The position numbers were made by a program, and so were the translations under genes. Of a stretch of 64,000 nt of DNA, positions 38,497-62,500 are shown piece by piece. This stretch comes from Auanema rhodensis. Taxonomy: Eukaryota > Animalia > Nematoda. Below the pieces are notes generated by a model that was not told the DNA's origin, did no database searches, and was given only the letters and a program-made list of their open reading frames with translations. Where the stretch lies: NCBI GenBank assembly GCA_964057225.1, contig OZ059898.1:14508001-14572000 (forward strand). Reading direction: 5' to 3'. Position 1 is the first letter of the stretch. Every line of letters starts with the position of its first letter.

Positions 38497-40027
38497 ATGG
38501 CGCCTGGTCGTGGTCGTGGAAGGCGTAAAAAAGAAGAAGTAAGTGCTCCGGTGATAAGTAAGTCTAAGAAAGAAAGTGTTAGTGCTCAGGAGGTAAGTTG
38601 GTTTTAAACTTCTGTTAAATTTTTTTCATTAATTTCAATCAATTTTTGATCATTTCCTTACTTTTTAATTGTAGAGTATTCAAGAAAATATTCCGTGTAT
38701 ACAGTTAAAAGATATTTTACGTGATAGAGAAAGCGAGGTGAGCCTTGATTCTCTTCGTGATCTGAGTTTAAGAAGTTCTTGGCTTTGATTATTCCAATCT
38801 ATGTTTGGAGCAAAGTTATCTAATTCTATACATGTTGGGTGTATTTAGCTCGGACAATTGAAAGAAGAACTTTTTAACCTAAAGAGTGAGATTCAAAGAA
38901 AAGATGTCATTGTAAGTTTCTTCACGATAAAGCTTTATGGGCCTATATAAAATTTTCAAAGCTATTTTTGTCTAGACCAATTACATGATATCCGAAATGA
39001 CTACCTTGAGACTGAAATGGTCTAAAGTAGAAGCAGATGTAAGTATCTATTAAGCTAAATGCTGTATGAAGTATCATCTTAGCATATTTTTCATACATTA
39101 ACACTTAAGCTTGTAAAATTACCTTTTTCAGGTTAAACAATCCTTTCGTGGTGTCAATATGATGTACAATGAGAGGAATGTGGGTATTTTTTAAATTTGT
39201 TTCCTGTCTTTAGATCATAGTGTAAATTCGCTGTTTCTTTCAGCTGACACAGGCTATGCGTGTGAATTTCCCTTCCCCATCTGATATTGTCGTTAGATTT
39301 CCACTTCTTGAAAAAATGAAGGATTCTCTATATGGTGGAAGAGACTATTTCTTTATTATATTTGATTATAGTACGGAGAAGAATGGCATTATCTTTTTTA
39401 AAAAGCTGACTGGCGTAAGTTTTGAGTACAAGTGAAACAGCGTGCTCTTTAAACTTAATTTCCAGTCGCAGATTAGGGAGTTGCTTGAAAGAGTCAATGC
39501 TGTGCTGAATCAGCTATTCGATTGCTATGGCCAAGCCTATACTATGTTCACAAACATGATATATGAGGATATAGATAAGTTTGTTAACTTCTATGTAAGT
39601 TCCAGATTGATATTCCAAATTGTTTTATTTTTCCTTTTTTTTAGAATTATAAATTTGCTGCTAAGAAAATGAGTACATATATCCTCAAAAGAAGAATCAA
39701 TGTTGTAGAAAACGAAATGTATCGAAAAATTTTTGAGGACATGGATAATGCTGTTGGGGTATGATTATCTTCCAATTATTTGTAATATAGTGTTCTTTAT
39801 ATCAGATATTGTGTGCACTCTTTGGTGCAAAAGAACACACTCTCTCAGTTGTCTTTATTGATGCCCAAGATCAATTAGATGTTGTTTATTCGATGGAAAC
39901 AATTTCAATGAGAAATACTATAAAAGAACAAACAACAAGGATTTTTTCAATAAATTGTTGTGATCATGTAGATTTCTTGATGACATATACGAAACATAAT
40001 TGCCACACTTATCAATTATCTTTGTGA
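38497..40027 (+). CDS. Unknown-family protein, array member 4 (~320 aa, 9 exons), basic RG-rich N-terminus
   Basis: MAPGRGRGRRKKEEVSAPVISKSKKESVSAQE|three 63-nt exons|VKQSFRGVNMMYNERN|LTQAMRVNFPS...YFFIIFD...GIIFFKKLTG|SQIRELLER...FY|NYKF...NAVG|ILCALFGAK...NCHTYQLSL*. Confidence 0.8.
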
Positions 40028-40628
40028 ATATATTCACTATGAGATGTCAATATACTCACCAATCTAATCTTTTGCTTCATTTTTATTGACTTACAATGAA
40101 AGTTGTTATTAATTTGTTGTTAGTTTGTTCATTTTTTTAGTTAATAAAACTGTTTTGTTTGAATCGTTCTCTTTATTCAGAAAAGTATAACCATAATTAT
40201 GAATTAGATATGAAATATCCAGACATTCTCTATATGAAATCTTCAATATTCCTAGTTATACATGAGAATCTCTTCATATCTTTTGAGACATGTCTAGAAG
40301 TAATATTGCTATGTGAATTGCCATGAGCACCAAGATATCTTGATATATTCTATCCAGGGGTCATACATATGACCTAAAGAGTTTTCCTTCTCAGACTATT
40401 ATCTCAATGTATAATTGAAGCAAATTAGTCAACTTATTCTTAGTATAGTCTATGTCGATGAATATACTATACTTATGTATTTATATCTCCAATTGTTTAC
40501 TCTTACTCAATTAGCTCAACTTTCTTCTATTTCCTTTATATATCTTCTGTTTTGTTTTATGTTTTAACATGTAATCGAACTTATATGAGCTATTTTTTTA
40601 GAAAGTACGGCTTAAACCATCTAAGATC

Positions 40629-41238
40629 ATGGCTGTTGAAACCGAAACTGTTTCTGATTGCACCAGCATCGTGATTTCCGACTTTCCAGCTTGGCGTAAT
40701 CATTACCTTCTTGGAAAAGAAGCTGGAGTTCGCAAATTTGTTGAGGATCAAGATTACACATTCACCAAGATTTTCGATGTTTGTACCTTATAAATCAATT
40801 TTGAATTAATTTATTATTTCATATTATTTAGCTCGAAGAGCAAATATCTGAAGAGAAAGCAAATGGAGACGAGAGTGGTGTTCTAAAGTATCAGCTGGAG
40901 CTTTCTCGTTTGATGAAGAAAATTAGCGAATTAGATGTTCTGATCATGTTATCAAATCTTGAGGTAATCTTACATATCTTTCATATAGTTATACTAACTA
41001 TCTTGTATAATATTTATTTGATCATCTTCTAGATTGGAGTCTTGAATACAGTTAGTAGTTATGATGTGTATTCTGAAGCATTAGAAGTCATTGGCCGAAT
41101 TAAAAACGCTGAATTTGACATCATATACAGTGCTGACGTAAGTATTTTACAGATAATTCACATAAATATGTTCTTATAAACAATATTATCATTATTATTC
41201 ATTATTTCCAGTTTTTCCGAGCCGGACACACTGCTTGA
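40629..41238 (+). CDS. Small orphan protein (~137 aa, 4 exons), helical and acidic
   Basis: MAVETETVSDCTSIVISDFPAWRNHYLLGKEAGVRKFVEDQDYTFTKIFD|LEEQISEEK...LSNLE|IGVLNTV...YSAD|FFRAGHTA*. Three GT-AG phase-0 introns; AATAAA at about 41391. Confidence 0.7.
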
Positions 41239-42685
41239 CGGAGGATGGCTGATGCTACAAGCTACTACTGCTGATCTTAACTCTCAACATTCGAAATAAT
41301 TTTTGTAATTACTGCATATATCGTTTATGACTTCACTTATTCTTAAAAAAAAACTCTTTTTGAGCAAAAAAAATTGTGTTGTAAGTCGAAAATAAAAGAA
41401 TTGAAGAAAGAGAGAAAAAGAAATATTTTATATAAAACGGAATTTTCTTGTAAAACAAGTAAAAAACATATATTTAAACATAAATATTCATGGAAATAAA
41501 TTGTGACACGAACAAGTTGGCAAATAAAAGTTCAGATTGTAGCTTATGCTGGAGGACTATGATGTGCCCAAATTGAATGATGAAACAATAGAGCTGGATG
41601 ATGAACAAGAGGGGGTGGTAGGATGATGGGTGATCGGAGATGAAGAAAACATGTTGATAAGTTAGAACTATTCTCCGGATTAGGCTATACAGTAAACAAC
41701 TATATTCGCTTGGATTATAAATATTCAAATATGAAAGCACAGTGAGCAAGTAGGACTTTGAAGCTTATGCTGATGCCCTGAAGTCAGTATAGTGAAGATC
41801 GTTGAACATTCAATGATTGATGATCAAATATATTCGAAAGTACATTTTATAATAAAAATGTTGTTAAAACTCTCATTAAAGGTCCTAAAACGATGTTGGA
41901 ATGTCAAGTTTACATTCAGTCTGAATGACTGAGCCCAGATTATCAAATCTATCAAGATATTCCAACGATGATCACATACAGTATTCAGGATAAACGATGA
42001 AAGGGATAGTGGGTTGGAGTATGTGTGTTTGTGTTATGATTGAGGTATCAAGAAGGATAATGCTCACAAAGATTGAGAGAGAGAGAGAGAATAGGAAGAT
42101 GTTGATAGAAGAGGATGAAAGGTTGGAAAGTGAACATCATCTCAATTAAAGAATTTATTTTGAGCTTAAATGAACTAAAAAGACGTATTGCACATGAAAC
42201 ATTTGAGAAATGAAGAAATATAAATGAATAATTTGTATTAGAAATTCGAATTATTGATTTTTTATATTAAAAGTCAATAAAACTTAAGTAATCACATGAA
42301 TAATTAGATTATTATATGTATTATAAACTATTAAATATATTTGTTTTATGTGTTATTTTGGTTTTCCATATAGAACTAGCGCAAATAAACCGGTAACTGA
42401 GATCAGGAATTTTGGGATTTGGCTAAGCGAGATGGTTGTCGGATGGATAGAGCTGTCTGAATTTCCAATATACAAGCATCTCCAGCTTCAACTTTGTCGC
42501 CAGAATAAGTGACGTGAGCAGGCTCCAGTATTCAGAGATGATAAAGAAATAGCAGAGCAATATATGAAGCTATGGATAACCGTTTGGAAGCTTTCCATCT
42601 GCATGAGCTCGGATAGGATATGACCCGGTGACGTTACGACTGTAAAGACGAGTAGTTGGATGTTGAAATGGAGGTTCAAATGGAC

Positions 42686-55105
<12,420 letters not shown>

Positions 55106-56614
55106 TTCACTGTTTCAGCTGAAATTATATGTACAAAGATTTGGGTTAATAAGATATGATGATGATGATAATAATAAGAAAAAGCTTAAAGCATGAAGCT
55201 TAAACGTACATCATGCAGCATAGCGTAGTGGGGATGATGACAGCTGAACGATCGTCCAACGTTGATTCGGGTGGGGTGAGCTTCGGCTGCGTCGACGGCA
55301 AATGATTCTGAATAGCAGTATGCGGTATACCACACACAACAATTAATGTGCTGAATCTGATGCACGAGGTGTTGAGAAATGCTCAACTATATCTAATCTG
55401 AAACAACATTCTATATTTTTTGAGAAAATAATAGAAAAAAAACGATATCGAGAGCATAATCTCAAGTAGGAAAGTATAGTGAAAGCATGAGAAAATCACA
55501 GAAAATATGAAAAATATTTTCAGAACGACTTGTAAGCTTGAGGATAAGTTTAATATAATTCGAAAAAAAAAATAACTCGTGGTTTGAAGCTCTAACAAAG
55601 TTTTTGTGTTGTGACTTTTAACCTTAAGAAATCTTATAAATGAATAGCAGGCAACGTTTTGACATTATGGCTGAACAAGCTGGCGTATTGTGTATCTATT
55701 GTGCTTATAAGAGACGTTATTAGATGAACAGTTAGAAGAGATGAAGAGAAGAAAAAAACTTTTTTTTCTGCTCCATTAAGTGAATATAGTAGATATTTCT
55801 TCTTCTGAATCCACGTGAATATGAAGCATATGAACATGATATATAGAGAGAAAGGGAAAAAAGAAATAGAGAGAGAAGGGGCGAGAAAGAGAGAGAAGCG
55901 TTCATGACGGCATTAACCAAGCAAAAGCAGTTATGAGAGTTAAGCAATAGTAGGCAAAATTTGGATATATAAGGCATATTCTGGATGATGTAATGGAATA
56001 TGGAATCGGTTTGTATAAGGAAATATAAAGAAATTTGAGTTATTTACTATGCTAACTATGCCATATATCAGAAGAAATCAAAGAAAAACATTTTTTATTA
56101 GCTATGAAATACTACTAGCAACTGCTCGTGATGATGATAATGGAAGACGTGAAATCAGAAGCTGAAATCATATAAAGAAACATTAGTGAAGAGAAATCTG
56201 CAATAGAAGATATGGATGCCCTGAGGCTCCACAATACGGGATGGTCATGAACTGACCCCTGGGGATGATAAATCAGAATGTGACGAAAGATGAATAAAGC
56301 TTGTGCATTTGTGGCTTATCCACAAACTGCCCGTTTTGAACAAAGTGTTCGCTCATTGGGCCGAAGCTGAAAAGTATGGCAAAACCAGGAAATTTAAGAA
56401 AAAAACAGACGAAAAAGAAGAAAGGATTGTGGTTAAAGCTGAGTAGAAGGAAGCATTAGTGTTAACAAGAAAAAATTGACAAATCTATTTGTTTATTTTG
56501 AGAAAAAAACAAAAAAAATAATATGATTATTTGATTTTTTTTAACCACAACACTACTCTTAGCATTACTATTGTCTTTTTACAGAAAATGAAAATTTGAA
56601 TATCGGGGCAAAAG

Positions 56615-56652
56615 AATGAAGTCCACGTGAACTTCTTCACGTGGACTTCATT
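56615..56652. promoter_or_regulatory. Perfect 17-bp inverted repeat with two CACGTG E-boxes, 1.5 kb upstream of the dyc-1 ATG
   Basis: AATGAAGTCCACGTGAA-cttc-TTCACGTGGACTTCATT. The palindrome is certain; the regulatory role is inferred. Confidence 0.5.
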
Positions 56653-59371
56653 TTATCATCTAGGTTATGTTTAAATCGGTTGCAAATTGAACATAACAGA
56701 CATTTTTGAATAATAACCTTTGAGTGCAGATAGTCAAATTCAAAAATATAAAAGAATGATGAAGATAAGTTTGAAAAAAGTTGGAATAAACGAGTGAAAG
56801 TATGAATAATAAGAGAGAAAAAAGTTTTTTTTTTTAACACGTTGATGTGTGTGGTAGTTGGTGTCATATACAGATATGAAGATGAGAGGGAGGGGGAGGA
56901 GTAGAAGAAAAGTTGGAAAAGTGATTGAAAGAGAAAAGAATTGAGGGAGAAATATTGAATAACATCAAAATTCTATTCTATAAAATCAAATACACAAGAG
57001 ATATAGAGAAGAAGACGAAGAACAAGAAGGAGTAGATGTAGGAGAAGAACATAGTTCTATTCTATGAATACAGTATATTGAGAATAAGTACTACGAACTT
57101 TAAAACTTTTTTGATATTGAAGTTTGCGAATATGAATATATGCCTAGTTTTTAAGAATAAAAATGGATTAACAGAGGATATAATAAAGAAAAAAATGAAA
57201 TAACACTAATCGAAAAGAAAAAAAAAATGAAAAAAAAACTGAGAAGAGATTTTTGAAAGAAAATTGTGGTCAATAAGTAGATGTTGCAAATCTAATTTTT
57301 GAATAAATTGAACAAGTGGCGAAAAAAACTGTGTTCTTATTGAAATTAAAGGAAACAAGTTTGGCATCTCCTTGTCTGGCCTCAGTAACAGAAAATTAGT
57401 GAAAAAGGAAAAGAAGAACTTCAAAATGGATAAGTTGGTATAGGCTGGACAAATTAGCATAAATGACGAACCAAAAGAGTCTTGAAAGACAGCTATCAGA
57501 AGTCTAAACGAGCTGAGGATCCTAATTGGTCTCGACAGGAATTATATATTCGGAAGGTAATTCAATTTCCAACAGCACTCAGAAATAGATGAATGAGAGA
57601 AGGGGGATCAGAAAAGTTAGAAGGAACATAGGGAAGCAGAGATAGAGAGAGAGAGAGAAAGAGAGAGAAAGAAGTTCTAGTAAGCTAGTACGAAGAGAAA
57701 AGAGGGTGAAGAAGCTCTGAAACACCATTATGAGAAGTTTCATGAACAAATTTTATAAAATTGTATTTAAATATATTGATTAAAGTTTACAATTTTAATA
57801 AGAAATAGGAATTTTCAATTGAAAATGTTTCAAATAAAATACAAATTTTCGAATAAATGTTAGAAAATTGCACGTATAAGAGAAAAAAAAGAAAGAAAAA
57901 ATATCTGATGAGTCAATAGAAAACAAAATGAAAAATTAAAATAATTTTATGAATAAAAGTAAAAACATTGATAATTTGGGAATATGTGACAAGGCAATGA
58001 TTACCAGAGTTCGAATGAAGAAGCTTGGCTTTGTCCATACGTTCTTCGGATGGCCTTCGCTTTGCTTGTGATGTCGTCTAAATTTGATCAAGACATCATC
58101 AGCAACACTTCCTCATGCTACTTTAAAACCATTTTCTAACTTTTGGAACTTTTGAACTATTAAAGGAAGTGAGAAAAAGTATTAAAAGAAAAGGAAAAAA
58201 TGAAATGAAAAGAGAGAGAGAGATTAAGTTTATGATCAGATAGAGGGAGAGAGAGAGTATGTGTGGGGGTGAAAACACTTGGAAACTAGATTGTCTCGCT
58301 TAATGTATGATACACAGTACATAGTAACAGCTAATTCATAAGCTAATAAGGTGACTCTTCGAAGAATCGAATGGTTTAATGAGTTTCAGGTAAGTAAACT
58401 AGAAGAATAATAACTAAAGATATTTGAATAATAGTTGAAAAGAAGAAGAAAGGTCAAAAAGAAGGAAGAAGGAAGAAGGAAAAACATGAAAGTTCGTATT
58501 ATGTCATTGTCTTTGAAAAGGATGTTTGATTGAGAATAAATATAGAATGTATGATACTGTATGAATGTGTTAAAAAAAACTTTTTTTTTGATTTTCAAAC
58601 GAAAATGAATATAAATTTTGAAGATGAAGATGATGAAGATGATGATGAGAGTAACAAAGCACTCAAAATAAGATATGGCCGAGAGGCGATTTGTGATGAT
58701 GGTAATCGGATTGTGTTGAGACATTCAATTACTTCTTATGCTGTAAGAGTATAGATGTCTGATGATGAAAAGAAGAAGAAGAAGAAGTTAAAGGAAAATG
58801 AAGAAAGAAGAAGAATATATGAGAGATGAAGTGAAGGAACATGAAGCTTGACGAATTCATCACTTGTCTTTAACACAGACACACACACATATGTATATAG
58901 AAGACAAAAACCATTGAGATACAACTCATATATTTGCATTTCTAATGAATAAATTGAAAATGTTTGTATAAATATCAATCAAGAAACTTTAAAAATTAAT
59001 TTGGAGTTACGAGAGATGAAAGTTAAAGGGAAAAAGAAAGCTTCAACAGAATTGTGTGATTATTTGAATGAAAAACTTGAATAAACTTTAACACATCAAA
59101 AAGAATTTTTTTTCTTTTTCAGAAAATAAAAACATCAAATATGTTATATTCAAGATGTTATAACAAGAAATTGCGAAAACATTATGGTCGGAAGTTAAAC
59201 TGCTTGCTGTTTGTGCCGGAAATTCAGATTACGGACCTTAGTTCGACCTTATTTGAACTTTTTTTTCCTAATGTAATGTGGTCAGAAGGATCATTGATGA
59301 TCAGTAGACACTTAAACAACGTGTATGAAACTTGAAGGAAGGAGAAGATGAAGTAACAGAGTAATAGAGTA

Positions 59372-59378
59372 AGAGAGG

Positions 59379-59429
<51 letters not shown>

Positions 59430-59436
59430 AGAGAGA

Positions 59437-59517
<81 letters not shown>

Positions 59518-59520
59518 AGA
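59372..59520. repeat. (GA)n compound microsatellite with a G8 interruption
   Basis: About 150 bp of GA repeats. Confidence 0.95.
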
Positions 59521-62500
59521 GCCGAACGGAATTTAGCAGTTAGTATGCCTGTGTGGATCATTTATTCTGGTACAGCATTGAACAAATGCAAGAAAAAAAG
59601 CTGAAATGATGAAAAGTTTGAGCAAAACGAACGAAAGAAACGCCTCAAAATCTGATTTTGCAAAATATCTGTTGATGATCTGCCTATTACTGGACGAACA
59701 TAGGACAACATATCGTGTCCCCCAAATATGAGGACATATGTATGTAGTTAGAGATATGGAGCACAAAAGCTGTTAAGGGAGAAATATGCCCTAAGGCATC
59801 AGTCTCTTCTTTTCATTCAGTACTTCTCTTTCTCTCTCTATCTTAGTATCTTTCTCTCTATCTCTTCTCTTTCTTTAGACACAAGTTTTCCAATATTCAG
59901 CCAAATTCAGGATTATCGGCAATAAAGGATAATGTGGTTCAGTTTCTGTTCCATTAGACTATTCCGAAATTTATGTTTAAATTTGATGACAGGGGTGATA
60001 AAGGCAACCATAAATGCGGCAAAAAAAAAGAAAAAAAAACGATGAAAATGAAGAAAAAATTCTGTTGAATTCCAAAAGTACTGGGTGAGTTCAAAGAGAT
60101 TTCCCATATAAATAGCCTGAGCTAACAGGAGAGAGAGGTTCTACAAAAAGTATAAAGATGGGTAAAAGCTGAAAAGATGAAAAACGAAATGAAAAGCTTA
60201 GGTAGGAGTAAGGTAAACACAATTAGTCATCAGACTCTATTCATATGCATATGAAATGTTTCAGAAAAAAATGTTGTGTGGAATATTTAGGAGAGAGAGA
60301 TGATCAAGCTCTTGAAGTTGGAAGCAAAAGCTGGAATTGCAAAGAGCAGTTCATTTCCCATTCAGAAAGGAAGAGCCATGCAACAGTAGTCGTGATAAAT
60401 GCTTGGAAAGCTGAGATGTGAATATGAGCAACATCGGTTGTCTCATGTAAATCTAGAAGATTGAAGGGAGGAAGAAGAAGAAGAAGACCAAATGGCAACA
60501 TGTTCTCGTCAACGAATGGTCCTTCAACTACCGCAGTCAACTGATTGCTAATTACCCGTCTTGACCGGAAAGGACAACGCCAAGAGAGACGGAAAGCCCG
60601 CACAGCCGGACAATGTGTCGAAACAAGTGCAATGCGAGAAGGCTAACGACAAGCTAAGTATCTAAGAGCTATCTATAGAAAATGAAACTTTCATGACAAC
60701 TTCATTTGAAAAGAAGAAAGAGCATACAAATATTATCAAAAGTTTGACAAGCTATCATGGAAATCAGCCTGATTTTTCCTGCCAAAGAAGGAAAACAAAA
60801 TTCATTTTGAACTAAGTCGTTAAATCAATGTTGTGAAATTAATTATTATAAACGTACTTTAACAAACTATATACAGAGGAATTTATGAATTAAGCTTGAA
60901 TGCCATTATGCTAAGCATCATGTAGAAACTGCGTAATAGTCTCACGCAGAAATATGAGATCTGAGATGCAGGGCTTGAAGAGGGAGGAGGGGGGGGGGGC
61001 AGGAAGGGTGCTAGAAGGGCTTCGTGGTGGGTGAAGAGAAAGTCTTGAAGCTCACTACTTCGTTATAAAGAGAATGTGAAAATGAATAATCTAGATGAAA
61101 GCTGTAGACACATGAAGCAAGAGGCAGGCGAAGCTGCCATGATCAGCAGACGATTTGTAAATTAGAGAACAAGGAAGTTGTTGTTATTAAATATTTTGAC
61201 ACAAAATGTCATTAAAACATGGAATAGAATATGCTACTGTGTGTATAAGATTTATAAATTTCTAATTAGTATAACTATGTGTTTTTGTTTATTGACTATA
61301 ACTTAACTATATGTATATAACTAGAGATAGATTTAAAAATTAAAAACGAGCGAATAAATAAATAATATTAGAAACATAACCTATAGATCTTATGTGCATA
61401 TAATTAAAATTTTAAAACAAATAATTTAAAAAAAAGAAAAAAAAGAATAGTAAATATTAATATTAATATTGTTTATAGTTTCAAAATTTAAAAACAAAAA
61501 CATAAATATATATAAATATATTATAAAACTATAATATTATTTTTAATATTAAAATTAATTATAATAAAGCATTTTGCAACCGCTCAATATATCAACTGAA
61601 TGCTAAAATGAATTGAGACTTGAGATATACTCAGAGCTAAGAATGATTTACGTGAAAATTAGCATACTACGAGCTATGTGTGAGGCTGGGTGTGTGTGTG
61701 TGTGTGAGCCTTATGATGATGTGAGAAATGAATATAACAAGAGGTTAAATCTGTGAATAAATGAAGAGAAACAATTATTTTACTATGCACATACATACAT
61801 ACATGTAAATTATAATTTATAATAATAATAATAAAGATTATCATATGTATAAGTATGCTTATAGAATAAAAATTATAGTTTAACTACGAAAAAATACGCA
61901 CCAAAGCAGTGTTGCAATACGCAAATTATCTGAAAACTAAAAGGAAAAACATTTCTTTCTTTTCTGTTTAAAAAATAAACAATTAAAATTAATTATGATT
62001 TCAATTTTTATTTTGTTTGCAATGATTTTATTGGCAATCTCTCAATTTCTTAGACCAATTCTTCAAGTTTTCTTCTCTTTCTTTTGAAAAAAAATTGTCT
62101 TTGGGACATGCTAAATAAATTTATTTTTTTAAAAGCAGAATTATTTCCTACGTAGTCTGGAAAGTTAGAAAAAAATCTTTTCTCTTGAAAAATAGCCAAA
62201 TAAGACAAAAAAATAAAGAGAAATAGAAAGGGTTCGATGCCTATCTTTAGATATTTTGTATTGTATAATTAAGCTGGTTCAGGAAAATGGCTAGTTCTAT
62301 TCCGGATCACGCACATCCCTTCTATCTTGTTGTCACTCAGCATTTTTCGTTCCAAGCAAGAACACTACTATACATATGCATTAGAAGTTTGCATTAAAAT
62401 TTCCTTTTTCAGCTAATTTGCTCCGAAACACATATTTAAGGAAAAGCTTGATTTAGTATTGTTTCGCATCATCTACTGCCGTACCTCATATACTGCTACG

